64,000 nucleotides of DNA from a virus: positions 32,001 to 96,000 of IMG/VR virus record IMGVR_UViG_3300036790_000500; one strand, given 5' to 3'. The position numbers and the translations under genes are program-made. A model generated the notes under the pieces. That model saw nothing but the letters and a program-made list of their open reading frames with translations, did not search any database and was not told the origin of the DNA. Position 1 is the first letter of the stretch, and every line of letters starts with the position of its first letter. Below, piece by piece: positions 10,704 through 19,886 of the stretch.

Positions 10704-11164
10704 GCAAGTGGGTCCACGTCGCCAGCGACCACAACGGCAACGCCGCCCGGGCTTGGGTTCTAGACGTGCTTAAGACCATCCCGGACGTCACGTCGGTGAC
10801 GGACCACGGACCGACCGAGGCCGACGGAAAAGTCGACTATCCAGACTATTCAGAGAGGGTCTGCTTCGGCATCGATTTCTCCTCCAACCCCCTGACTTAC
10901 GGCATCCTCATCTGCGGCACCGGCACCGGCATGTGCATCACGGCCAATAAGCACTGGGGCATTCGAGCCGGGCTGGCGACGGACCGGGCCACCGCGTTGT
11001 TGATGCGTCAGCATAATGACTGCAACGTCCTGGTCATGGGGCAGTGGCGTAACTCCCTTAGTGAGATGGAGGAGATGGTGCGAACGTTCCTTGCAACGCC
11101 GTTCGGTGAGGGTCGTCATGCCGCTCGCGTGGATAAGGTTTGGCGGCTGGAGCGTCGTCCGTGA
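10700..11164 (+). CDS. rpiB: Ribose-5-phosphate isomerase B (RpiB/LacAB family)
   Basis: ASDHNG, VDYPD, GILICGTGTGMCITANK, HNDCNVL, GRHAARV. Confidence 0.93.
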   Translation: MSKWVHVASDHNGNAARAWVLDVLKTIPDVTSVTDHGPTEADGKVDYPDYSERVCFGIDFSSNPLTYGILICGTGTGMCITANKHWGIRAGLATDRATALLMRQHNDCNVLVMGQWRNSLSEMEEMVRTFLATPFGEGRHAARVDKVWRLERRP

Positions 11165-12048
11165 GACTCACCGTCATCGGCGACGCCATCGAGGACGAGG
11201 TCGTTGACCTCGAGGTCCTGCATGAGGGAGCCGAGGGCCAACCCACGTATCGAGAGGTTCGTCGACGTCTCATGGCCGGTGGGGCCGCGAACGTTGCTAA
11301 GCACTGCGCTCGTCTCGGGGCCCATGTTTACCTCGTTCACAGCGGAAAGCCGGAGACGTTCAAGGACGACCTCACGCTGCGAGAGTCGCTGCAAATCATG
11401 CAAAACTACGAGGTCGGTCAGGGGTCGGGTCCCCGTGCCGTCATTCGCAAGACGCGGTATTATTGCGGTGACAGGAAGGTGTTGAAGGTCAACCATCCAC
11501 CCGAGTGCGAGACGCAGGGGCCCGATGTCACCAGTCAAATGTTGCTCTATGGACACACTGATGCCGTGCTTGCCTGTGACAACGGTCACGGCTTCTTTAA
11601 CCAAGAGAATGCCCAAGAATTGGTCCGCCTGTGTGACCGCCGAAGCATTCCTTTGTTTGTAGACTGTCAGGCATCCAGCGGGAGTCCATGCTTCGAGCGA
11701 TGGTTTGGAGCCAACTCTGTCTTCGTTAACAAGGATGAGGCGGAGCACCTCGGGGCGGCGTGCTCTCGGTTTGAGAACGTTCACTATAAGTGCGGTTTTG
11801 CCGGTTCACGCCTCGTCAACCGGAGTACCCCTCCATATGTTCGCGAAGTATGCGGCGGATACTCGGTCAAGGTCGTTGATGCAGTCGGGGCCGGCGACGC
11901 CTACATGGCCGCCTGGGCTGTCCATGGAAACCTGAACCTCGCTAACGCCTGGGCGGCCCTCTCCTGTAAGCGAAGGGGAACCGAGTTGCCGGAACTCTCT
12001 GAGATTGGAGAAATAGATGCGTCTCTTGCTCGATACGGCGAACCTTGA
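11161..12048 (+). CDS. PfkB-family sugar kinase, HldE/HldA kinase-domain-like
   Basis: VIGDAIED, GGAANVA, KTRY, DAVGAGDAY. Confidence 0.85.
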   Translation: MRLTVIGDAIEDEVVDLEVLHEGAEGQPTYREVRRRLMAGGAANVAKHCARLGAHVYLVHSGKPETFKDDLTLRESLQIMQNYEVGQGSGPRAVIRKTRYYCGDRKVLKVNHPPECETQGPDVTSQMLLYGHTDAVLACDNGHGFFNQENAQELVRLCDRRSIPLFVDCQASSGSPCFERWFGANSVFVNKDEAEHLGAACSRFENVHYKCGFAGSRLVNRSTPPYVREVCGGYSVKVVDAVGAGDAYMAAWAVHGNLNLANAWAALSCKRRGTELPELSEIGEIDASLARYGEP

Positions 12049-12682
12049 TGACGTCAAGCGCTTTGCACAGAATGATGCCATAGCCGGCGTTACCACTAAC
12101 CCGTCCCTTGTCGCGAGGGAGCAACGGGCCAACTACTTCTCACTCCTGCGTTCAATCGCTGACGTATTGGGACCGTCTCCGCATCTGAGTGTCGAGGTCA
12201 TTACCCTTGACCCGGACATAATGTTAAAGCAGGCGGACAGCCTCCATGAACTCATTCCTTGTGCGGCAATCAAGGTCCCAGTCCTCCCTGAAACGCTTCG
12301 GGTCATCACTCGTTTGCATGACATGAAGATAGCCGTGAATGCGACCGCCTGCTTCACAGCGCTTCAGGCAAAGATTGCTGAGGATGCGGGTGCGGACTTC
12401 GTCTCGTTTTTCTTCAATCGAATGATAGATGCAAAAAGCGGGCAGAGTAATCCACGTGAGCACGCTCTCGCTGAGATTTCGACATACAAGCATCGCTTCT
12501 GTAGACAGGCCAAGGTCATTTGCGGTAGCATCAGAGAGCCGCTCGACATTCAGGACTGCTGGGCAAACGGTGCAGACTTCGTGACGGCATCGGCCAAGGT
12601 TATCGACCGCGCCGTCACACACGTGAAGACGACCGAGAGCGTGCAGCAGTTTCAGAAGGACATCGAAGCATGGCTCGCATAA
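12017..12682 (+). CDS. talC: Transaldolase (short TalC/MipB type)
   Basis: LLDTAN, GVTTNPSL, Schiff-base Lys in IKVP, catalytic Glu in LSVEV (Tal rather than Fsa), GSIR, FQKD. Confidence 0.9.
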   Translation: MRLLLDTANLDDVKRFAQNDAIAGVTTNPSLVAREQRANYFSLLRSIADVLGPSPHLSVEVITLDPDIMLKQADSLHELIPCAAIKVPVLPETLRVITRLHDMKIAVNATACFTALQAKIAEDAGADFVSFFFNRMIDAKSGQSNPREHALAEISTYKHRFCRQAKVICGSIREPLDIQDCWANGADFVTASAKVIDRAVTHVKTTESVQQFQKDIEAWLA

Positions 12683-13050
12683 GCAAGAGGACGCTGGCAG
12701 AGCGTCATATCCAGGCCCGCGGATGGGGCCGAGAGCATTGGATTGAGAACCTTCCAGAGTATTGCGGGAAGATACTCGTGATTGACCCGGGAAAGCGCGG
12801 CTCATTTCACTTCCATCAAAACAAGATGGAAACGATGCTGGTTATTAAGGGAGCAATGCGGCTCAGGCTGCTCGACACCGACACGGCAGAGGAGTACTTT
12901 CAGGTGCTTATAGAGAACGAAAGCATTCTGCTTAAGCCAGGCCAACCCCATCAGATAATCAACGATTACAGTGACGAGGAGTTGGTGGTCATCGAGTTCA
13001 GCACCATCCATGAGGAGACCGACAGTAAACGCATTCAGAAGGGGGACTGA
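12670..13050 (+). CDS. Cupin-fold sugar isomerase/epimerase-like protein
   Basis: WGRE..YCGKIL, SFHFHQNKMET, PGQPH, EFST. Confidence 0.8.
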   Translation: MARISKRTLAERHIQARGWGREHWIENLPEYCGKILVIDPGKRGSFHFHQNKMETMLVIKGAMRLRLLDTDTAEEYFQVLIENESILLKPGQPHQIINDYSDEELVVIEFSTIHEETDSKRIQKGD

Positions 13051-13053
13051 GGA

Positions 13054-13977
13054 ATGCGTTTCAATATGGTGGGAGCCTTTCTTCGCAACTTCCCGTTTGG
13101 GACGGAAATCGCCTTCGCGAAGGGCCTCGAGCGCCGCGGCCACACGGTCCATCGCATCGACCCGGGATATCCGAACCAGGTCTGGGACGATGACGCCGAC
13201 GCCACGATAGTCTTCAAGTGGATTGACCTCGGTCTGAAAGACGTCTACGAGCGGCTCGAACGCTGTGCCGGTCTGAAGGTCGTCTACCAGCCCGACGACG
13301 CCAGGTTTCCACACATCAAGGAGATGATAAGGGGGATGCGTGGCTTCTGTACGCACCTGCTGTCGTTCGATGACTACGGCGCGGAATACGCGTTGACCGT
13401 CGGATACCTCGATGCGGAGACGCTGCGAGTGACCGCCGATGATGAACTGTACTGTCCCGACTCGAATGTGGAGCGGGACATCGACGTTTCGTTCGTGGGT
13501 AGCCTGACCGCTGGCCCGAACCACGCCTCCCGCATGGAGATGTGTCGCCTGGTACAGGCCTGGGCGAACGCTAACGGTAAGACCACGTGGTTCGGGGAGA
13601 CGTACTTCAGCGTTCCCGGCTACCCCTCTCCACTCGACATCTACAGGCGCTCCAAGGTCGTTCTTAATCATGCGACGGACGTTGGTCAGCCGTTCGGATG
13701 GGGGCACGGTTTTCAGTGCAGACACTTTGAGGTGGGGATGGCCGGAGTGTTCCTGCTCTCGAACATGGTGTATGGGGAACGGTTTGAACTGCTCCATACC
13801 CAGTATGGAAACGAGACCCAGTTAATCAACAAGTTGGAAACATACCTCGGCACCGGTGGAGGGGTTCTCTTTGACCGAGAGGTCCTCGCAGGCTTCCATC
13901 GCAATAACATTCTTCGTGAACACATGCCGGAGCATCGCGCTGACCAGATAGTGAGTTTCGTCAAGAGGAACACGTGA
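13054..13977 (+). CDS. CgeB-like glycosyltransferase
   Basis: DVSFVGS, YRRSKVVLN, RHFEV. Confidence 0.8.
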   Translation: MRFNMVGAFLRNFPFGTEIAFAKGLERRGHTVHRIDPGYPNQVWDDDADATIVFKWIDLGLKDVYERLERCAGLKVVYQPDDARFPHIKEMIRGMRGFCTHLLSFDDYGAEYALTVGYLDAETLRVTADDELYCPDSNVERDIDVSFVGSLTAGPNHASRMEMCRLVQAWANANGKTTWFGETYFSVPGYPSPLDIYRRSKVVLNHATDVGQPFGWGHGFQCRHFEVGMAGVFLLSNMVYGERFELLHTQYGNETQLINKLETYLGTGGGVLFDREVLAGFHRNNILREHMPEHRADQIVSFVKRNT

Positions 13978-14606
13978 GGAACATCGCAGACACTGGGGTT
14001 GGTTGTAAACTGAATCTCGGTTGCGGGGACGACGTGCGAGAGGGACACGTTAACGTCGACTTTAGGCAGACCCATCCGAACGTCATCATCGCCGACCTCT
14101 CCAGGTTTCCCTGGCCGTTCGCTGATGCTTGCGCCTCACAGGTCCTGATGCTGGACTTTCTTGAGCATTTCCCATGGGCCCAGACGGCGCAGATACTACT
14201 TGAGTGCTATCGGGTGCTTGAGCCGAGTGGGGTCGTGGTGGTCCAGGTCCCGGACGCCCTTCATACGACCCGGGCCCTGACGCAACGGGGGCACTACCGC
14301 TGCAACCGATGTGGCGCGGGGTTCCATGACGGCGAGGTCACGGGCACACGACCTGGGTGCCCTGGGTGTGGACAGACCAGGGACGAGGTCTCCGAGGTCG
14401 CCATGCGAAGGTTCTACGGCGGTCAGGACTACCCGGGAAACTGGCATCAGACCTGTTTCACGGAGCAGATGTTGAGGTCGAAGGCCAAGGCCGCAGGCCT
14501 GGAGCAAATCGAGCGTGGAACACACGACGCTAAGGCCGGCGACGACGAACATTACTGGGCGAACTGGACGCTGCACATGACGTTCAGGAAGGGTGACTTG
14601 TGGTAG
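13974..14606 (+). CDS. Class I SAM-dependent methyltransferase with inserted CxxC-CxxC element
   Basis: LNLGCG, DFLEHF, ECYRVLEPSG; CNRC...CPGC insertion. Confidence 0.85.
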   Translation: MRNIADTGVGCKLNLGCGDDVREGHVNVDFRQTHPNVIIADLSRFPWPFADACASQVLMLDFLEHFPWAQTAQILLECYRVLEPSGVVVVQVPDALHTTRALTQRGHYRCNRCGAGFHDGEVTGTRPGCPGCGQTRDEVSEVAMRRFYGGQDYPGNWHQTCFTEQMLRSKAKAAGLEQIERGTHDAKAGDDEHYWANWTLHMTFRKGDLW

Positions 14607-15670
14607 AAGACCGCTCCCGAAACCTCCGCGTCGCCTTCGTCGGTCAGTCCCGCTCCCCTAACGACATGCCTGAGGGGTATTGGCCAACGTTCTTGAAGTT
14701 CCATATGGAACTCCCGTATTACTTTGCCATGAACGCTCCGATGGACGTGACCGTCACCACGACGGAGCCGGTCACGCACGAGTTCGAGAGCAATCTAGGC
14801 TCACTTCGCTGCATCACTGAGGATGAGTTCTGTGACAATCCGCAGACCGGGATGAACTACGACGTCGTCGTGCACTGGCGGAAGTGGTTCGAGTCCCTGT
14901 ACTGCATGGGCGGACGGAACGTCATCCTCTCCCAGGACCACTCGTACTCCCGTGACTGGTTGGAGACGGCCAAGGACGCCTATGTCGATGGCCTACTCGA
15001 CGGCGTCCTGGTCTTCCCGACTTGGCATCGACGCAACACGGAACGCGAACTGACCGGGGTCCTGCCCTCCAGCCGCCTCTACGAGGGTCTGACCTTCGGC
15101 GTGGACACCTCTGTCTATTACCCCATGGAGAAGGACCCCTTCCATCTCCTGTGGGCCTCCGACCCCGGCAGGGGCCTCGATGACTTCATCAACCCGTTCC
15201 TAAGGCTCTGGCAGCGCGACCGCCGGTTCCGCCTGACGGTGACCTATCCGGACTACGTGAGGCCCGAGGCAGTCGCTCGGTTCTCAAGTTTTCTATCGCA
15301 TCCGGCCGTTAGCCATCGGCCGAGACTACGCAACGGCCCTGAACTCTGGAACCTCTTCAACTCGGCCGGCTTCCTGCCGTATTCCTCCAATTTTCCAGAG
15401 CCGTCGAGCCGTTGCCATCGCCAGGCCATGGCCGCCGGCTGCTGCGTGCTCTATCCCCCGAACATGGGAACGCCGTCCGAGACCATCGAGAGCGGTTTGA
15501 CGGGAGTAATCGAGAGTCCTCGGCTCTGGTCTGACGTGATACCTACGCTTGTGAAAACCGGACAGTGGGAGGAACTCGGGCATAACGCTCGCGTGTTCGC
15601 TCACTCCGAGAGGTGGGCGGTCCAGGCCCAGCGTTTCTACGACTTCTTCTCCAGGGGACTCCAGCAGTGA
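14600..15670 (+). CDS. GT4-like glycosyltransferase
   Basis: WASDPGRGL, YSSNFPEPS...QAMAAG, ETIESGLTG. Confidence 0.8.
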   Translation: MVEDRSRNLRVAFVGQSRSPNDMPEGYWPTFLKFHMELPYYFAMNAPMDVTVTTTEPVTHEFESNLGSLRCITEDEFCDNPQTGMNYDVVVHWRKWFESLYCMGGRNVILSQDHSYSRDWLETAKDAYVDGLLDGVLVFPTWHRRNTERELTGVLPSSRLYEGLTFGVDTSVYYPMEKDPFHLLWASDPGRGLDDFINPFLRLWQRDRRFRLTVTYPDYVRPEAVARFSSFLSHPAVSHRPRLRNGPELWNLFNSAGFLPYSSNFPEPSSRCHRQAMAAGCCVLYPPNMGTPSETIESGLTGVIESPRLWSDVIPTLVKTGQWEELGHNARVFAHSERWAVQAQRFYDFFSRGLQQ

Positions 15671-16656
15671 TTGACATCCAAGCCGAGGACTTCGTCCAGG
15701 CATTCGACATGACCCAGGCCACGGTCGGCCAGGTCGGTTACGGCTTCATTGGAAACGCAGTCGTTGAGTTGTTTCGACCGCACTGTCAAGTTGCGGTTTA
15801 CGACAAGGCCGGCTACGGGGGCAAGGAGCGTCCACCCAATGTCACGCTTTGCGAGGACCTCGACGGCGTCGTGGCTAACGCTGAGGTCGTCTTCGTGGCC
15901 GTTCCGACCCCGATGAAGCCGTCGGGTGAGTGTCACACGGGCATCGTCGAAGCGGTGCTTCAAGACATCCAGAACTCCGCCGTTCGCATCGGTCGGGATG
16001 TGATGTCGTTCATCGTGGTCATCAAGAGCACGATGCCACCGGGCTTCACGGCGCGGATGCAGGAGAGGTACGCGCTCCGCATCCTCTTCTCTCCCGAGTT
16101 CCTGACGGAGGCGAACGCGGTCCAGGACTTTAAGAAGGCCAATCGCGTGATTCTCGGCGGTGAGGTAGAGGACGCTCGGGTCGTCTTCAAGTACTTCGAG
16201 GGAGTGTGGCCGGACCGCCAGCCGAACACTTGGATAAACGGCGAGGGAGGCCACCCAGACGGACCGGTACAGGTCATTCAATGCGACAGCACCGAGGCCG
16301 AGATGGTCAAGTTGTCGACTAACGTTCACCTGACGGCAAGGGTAATGGTCTCCAACGAACTCTATCAAATCTGTCAGAAACTGGGAATCGACTACGACAC
16401 CGTGCGACTGCTCACGCAACTTGACCGTCGCATCGGTCTCAGCCACATGAATGTGCCGGGTCCGGACGGTTCCCTGGGGTTCGGAGGCCATTGCTTCTGG
16501 AAAGACACACAGAGCCTTAAGTTCATTACGGAAAATCTGGGGACTCTCGGTCTATCTGGTCGCTCTATCTTTCACACTCTCGTTGAGAGAAATCTTGAAA
16601 TTCGTGAAGACCGTGACTGGGAAAAGCAACCCGGCAGGGCGGTCATCAATGAGTGA
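15667..16656 (+). CDS. UDP-glucose/GDP-mannose dehydrogenase family protein (short form)
   Basis: GYGFIG, VPTP, IKST, SPEFL, AEMVK, catalytic GFGGHC; GTGA overlap start. Confidence 0.9.
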   Translation: MIDIQAEDFVQAFDMTQATVGQVGYGFIGNAVVELFRPHCQVAVYDKAGYGGKERPPNVTLCEDLDGVVANAEVVFVAVPTPMKPSGECHTGIVEAVLQDIQNSAVRIGRDVMSFIVVIKSTMPPGFTARMQERYALRILFSPEFLTEANAVQDFKKANRVILGGEVEDARVVFKYFEGVWPDRQPNTWINGEGGHPDGPVQVIQCDSTEAEMVKLSTNVHLTARVMVSNELYQICQKLGIDYDTVRLLTQLDRRIGLSHMNVPGPDGSLGFGGHCFWKDTQSLKFITENLGTLGLSGRSIFHTLVERNLEIREDRDWEKQPGRAVINE

Positions 16657-17122
16657 GCGGTTTACGATTAACCTCGATGAACTCGAGTTCAACGGAGAGG
16701 CTGGGCTGCTGACCAACGTTCGTGGCCGCTGCATCGTGGCCAACGGCTGCTTCGACATCATCCATCCCGGTCATCTCTCTCTCCTCGCTAGCCTCGACAC
16801 GCTGGCCTACCAGATGAAGTTGCGGCCCATCGTGGCCATGAACTCGGACGCTTCAGTTCGACGATTGAAGGGCGACGCCCGACCGATAGTCCCCCAGGAG
16901 AGCCGGTCCCTCCTCATCAACTCCCTGAAGTGGCCCCTGACGGTGGTCCTCTTTGACGAGGACACACCGCAACGGTTGATGGACGTGTTGCAGCCGGCCG
17001 CCGTTCTCAAGGGCTCCGAGTACCCGAAGGAAGCCGTGATACGATGGAGGGACAGCCAGGTCGTCACGGTGGACATGGTCCCCGGGTGGTCGACCTCAAG
17101 GATAGTCGGCGATACGAGGTAA
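16649..17122 (+). CDS. Heptose-1-phosphate adenylyltransferase-like nucleotidyltransferase (HldC/RfaE domain II)
   Basis: NGCFDIIHPGH, NSDASVRRLKGDARP, FDEDTP, LKGSEY, GWSTS. Confidence 0.9.
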   Translation: MSERFTINLDELEFNGEAGLLTNVRGRCIVANGCFDIIHPGHLSLLASLDTLAYQMKLRPIVAMNSDASVRRLKGDARPIVPQESRSLLINSLKWPLTVVLFDEDTPQRLMDVLQPAAVLKGSEYPKEAVIRWRDSQVVTVDMVPGWSTSRIVGDTR

Positions 17123-17123
17123 G

Positions 17124-18080
17124 TTGAAGAGGGTTCTGGTCATCGGGGACGTCATCAAGGACGTCTACACCGACTGCGTTTTTAGAAAGATGTGTCCGGA
17201 CGCGCCGACGGTCCCCGCGGCTCTCGTCGACCGAACTTCCTTCCGGCCCGGGGGTGCAGCGAACGTTGCCCTGAACATCGCCCAATTGGCACCCGGCGTC
17301 CACGTCGACCTAATCGGCGTCGTCGACGTGGACCTAAAGCGAACCATCGGAGCCATTTCTGAACAGATGGTTGCAATGGATTGGGCGGTCCTCGGGAGCC
17401 CCCTCGAGAAAAACCGTGTCTCCGTTGACGGTGAACTTCGGTTGCGTCTCGACGACCAGGGAAAACTAAACCCCTGGTACGGCAGCCACATCGCCCTCAA
17501 CCTGAGGGACTACCTCGGCTACGTCACTCCAGACCTCATAGTCTTGTCTGAGTACGCCGGAGGGACGGTGGATGACCAATCCCTGGACCTTCTGCTTGAG
17601 CATCGCTCGAGGCTCCTGGTGGACACTAAGCGGACGGACCTATCGGTCTTCGCCGTGGGGGGCCAGTCCACCCTGCTTTGCAAACTGAACCATGAGGAGT
17701 GGATGAACGTCGTCAAGACCGATTCGACCCCTGAAGGCCACTTCAAGTACCTCGTCGTGACGGAGGGTCGAGCCGGGTCCGTCCTCCGTCGAATGGAGCG
17801 GTTGCTCGCGTCCCAGACAGGGGTCACCGTTGCCCGACACATCACCCATACGCTTCGAGTCTCGGCCGTCATGGCCGAGACGGTTGACGTCTGTGGCTGC
17901 GGGGACACGTACCTAGCCGGCATGGTCGCATCGCTCCTGGACAACGCGGACCCGTACACCGCCATGCAGTTCGGTGCCGCCGCCGCGGCCACCGTCGTCA
18001 CGAAGCCTCGGGTCGCTGTGGCGGACCGCGCACTCACCCTGCAGATACTTGGAAGGACTCACGAAGATGAAACTCTCTAA
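17124..18080 (+). CDS. PfkB-family heptose kinase-like protein (HldA/RfaE domain I)
   Basis: VLVIGDVIKDVY, CPDAPTVP, PGGAANVALN, LRLD, DVCGCGDTY. Confidence 0.88.
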   Translation: MKRVLVIGDVIKDVYTDCVFRKMCPDAPTVPAALVDRTSFRPGGAANVALNIAQLAPGVHVDLIGVVDVDLKRTIGAISEQMVAMDWAVLGSPLEKNRVSVDGELRLRLDDQGKLNPWYGSHIALNLRDYLGYVTPDLIVLSEYAGGTVDDQSLDLLLEHRSRLLVDTKRTDLSVFAVGGQSTLLCKLNHEEWMNVVKTDSTPEGHFKYLVVTEGRAGSVLRRMERLLASQTGVTVARHITHTLRVSAVMAETVDVCGCGDTYLAGMVASLLDNADPYTAMQFGAAAAATVVTKPRVAVADRALTLQILGRTHEDETL

Positions 18081-18240
18081 CGAAGCCCTGGTGTCAATCA
18101 TTGAGGCATTGCGTCTCGGTCTCACCGAAGGCGTGGACGTCTCCGAGTTGCTGAAGCGGCTCGACCTCGAACCAAACTCAGAGAACAGGCTCACACCAAT
18201 AAAACCAGTGAATGAGGTTTTCACGCTGAAAACGGAGTGA
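18067..18240 (+). CDS. Hypothetical protein
   Basis: MKLSNEAL... overlaps both neighbours. Confidence 0.6.
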   Translation: MKLSNEALVSIIEALRLGLTEGVDVSELLKRLDLEPNSENRLTPIKPVNEVFTLKTE

Positions 18241-18443
18241 CCGTGGCTCGCTTTGATTACGAGTGTCAGAAGTGTAAGAGGGTCGTTGAGATTGAGCGGT
18301 CGGTCCATGACGAGTCTGACGTTCTTTGCTGCGAGCCCGACTGCGGTGCGATACCGATGCTTCAACTGATTAGCAGGTCTACCTTCCACTTGAAGGGCCT
18401 CGGCTGGGCAGCCGAGGGATACTCGAAGAACGGAGTTGATTGA
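18237..18443 (+). CDS. FmdB-family zinc ribbon protein
   Basis: FDYECQKC...C...ISRSTFHLKGLGWA. Confidence 0.85.
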   Translation: MTVARFDYECQKCKRVVEIERSVHDESDVLCCEPDCGAIPMLQLISRSTFHLKGLGWAAEGYSKNGVD

Positions 18444-18751
18444 TGATTCTGCTCGCTTGCTCCGTCGCATTGAACGTCGGCCTGGCTTTTCTCCTAGTTC
18501 GAATCGGTCGTCGACTACTGCAGTTCGATGAGGCCCTAGCGATTCTCACCGAGCCGATGCAGGACTACGCGGAGTACCTGAAGAAAGTGATGGACGCAGA
18601 GGGCGTGCTTCATGACAGTCCTGAGATTGTAGCCTTCCATAAGGCGAATCGAAACGCACTGAAACTGATTGAGGGAGTCATCCAGGAGTCCTTCGCCGAT
18701 AGGCCCAAGAAGCCGCGGCTGTCTAAGCTTCCCCGACCAGTCGTGAGGTGA
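18440..18751 (+). CDS. Hypothetical protein with N-terminal transmembrane segment
   Basis: Hydrophobic N-terminus; overlaps upstream gene. Confidence 0.6.
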   Translation: MMILLACSVALNVGLAFLLVRIGRRLLQFDEALAILTEPMQDYAEYLKKVMDAEGVLHDSPEIVAFHKANRNALKLIEGVIQESFADRPKKPRLSKLPRPVVR

Positions 18752-18755
18752 CGCA

Positions 18756-19430
18756 ATGCCAATGTACTTCGGCCCCGAGGTCGACGCCAAGATATCGGAA
18801 TACGTCAAGGAGACTGACGTCCCCACGAAGAACAAGATTTTCGAAGACAGCATCCGACCGGCGCTGCTCAAACTAATCGAGAGTCAACTCTACATGTACG
18901 GGTTCTATAAGATTGATGACCCGGACATGCTCAAGAACGAGTGCCTGTCAAACCTATACGAGATTCTTCCCAAGTTCGACCCAAACAAGGGCAAGAAGGC
19001 CTTCTCGTACTTCAATGTCGTCGTCAAGAACTGGTTCATCTGGAAGATTCGCGACAAGAACAAGCGGCTAAGGCAGCAGTCTGAGAACTTCTACGGCATC
19101 GACCACGACGTCGTCCGCAACGACCCATCGCTGATATCCGCCTCACACGAGGATAACATCGTAGATGCGGAGTTCCTGCTCTCTCTTCATCGGGACATGG
19201 ACAAGTGGCGACCGCTCCTTCAGAAGGACCAGGAACGAAAGGTCCTGGATGCCATTCGGTTTCTCCTTCAGAATCCAGACCTGGTGACTATCTTTAACAA
19301 GAAGGCCGTCTTCTTTTACATTCGTGAAATCACGGGGTTGACCATGAAGCAGGTCAACCATAACATGAATAGATTGAGGGCCTTATACTCGGAGTTCCGA
19401 GAGAGGTTCCACAGTGGGGAAGAAGAGTGA
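18756..19430 (+). CDS. Phage late-transcription sigma factor (T4 gp55-like)
   Basis: Sigma region 2-like KFDPNKGKKAFSYFNVVVKN; lies at the head of the structural genes. Confidence 0.75.
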   Translation: MPMYFGPEVDAKISEYVKETDVPTKNKIFEDSIRPALLKLIESQLYMYGFYKIDDPDMLKNECLSNLYEILPKFDPNKGKKAFSYFNVVVKNWFIWKIRDKNKRLRQQSENFYGIDHDVVRNDPSLISASHEDNIVDAEFLLSLHRDMDKWRPLLQKDQERKVLDAIRFLLQNPDLVTIFNKKAVFFYIREITGLTMKQVNHNMNRLRALYSEFRERFHSGEEE

Positions 19431-19728
19431 AAAGGACTTGCTTGCAGAGAAGGTCGCCAAGGTCCTCGCCGATGCAGGCGACGACCGCGACCGAATCTCA
19501 AAGTTTCTCGACGACCTAATCAACTCGGTCTCGGGAACCGAGGTCATTGGCATCGCGGAGTACGTCTCTAAGATTGCTGACGCTCTGACACGGCAAAACC
19601 AACTCCGCGTGGCCGCCCTCAAGGTGGAGCAGAAGGCCGGCGCGGCTGTATCTGATGATGACTCCGATGACATCGCTGGCGAGATTGGTCTGCCGTTCGA
19701 GCAGGAACTCGATGAGAGTTCGAACTGA
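19414..19728 (+). CDS. Hypothetical helical protein
   Basis: Overlaps the sigma gene; acidic C-terminus. Confidence 0.65.
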   Translation: MGKKSEKDLLAEKVAKVLADAGDDRDRISKFLDDLINSVSGTEVIGIAEYVSKIADALTRQNQLRVAALKVEQKAGAAVSDDDSDDIAGEIGLPFEQELDESSN

Positions 19729-19886
19729 TGGTGGACCGCTCCCGCGTCGATAGGTTGCAGAAGATTGCCATCGAGATGGACGAGATTGTCCGTGAGATAG
19801 GTCCGAAATGGATTAAGTTGGCTCACCTTCGTAAGGAGAGCCAATCGATAATGGAGGAGTTGAGGGACGATGCCGAAAAGTTTTGA
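19728..19886 (+). CDS. Small hypothetical protein (52 aa, below ORF-track cutoff)
   Basis: TGATG coupling at 19726-19730; MVDRSRVDRLQKIAIEMDEIVREIGPKW...EKF*; overlaps the next gene. Confidence 0.6.
   Translation: MVDRSRVDRLQKIAIEMDEIVREIGPKWIKLAHLRKESQSIMEELRDDAEKF

Larger units (their letters stand above)
1..18080 (+). other. Phage-encoded glycan biosynthesis gene cluster (5' end outside window)
   Basis: About 20 contiguous or overlapping (ATGA/GTGA-coupled) genes encoding glycosyltransferases, sugar-nucleotide enzymes and tailoring enzymes. Confidence 0.9.

Noticed and set aside
1-18080. Host LPS/capsule locus flanking a prophage
   Set aside because: No wzx/wzy/ABC exporter or junction is visible; genes run continuously into phage genes and share the GATC/AGCT avoidance.
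1-18080. DNA hypermodification as the main role of the GT cluster
   Set aside because: No base-hydroxymethylase or similar gene in the window, and restriction sites are still avoided; disfavoured but not excluded.
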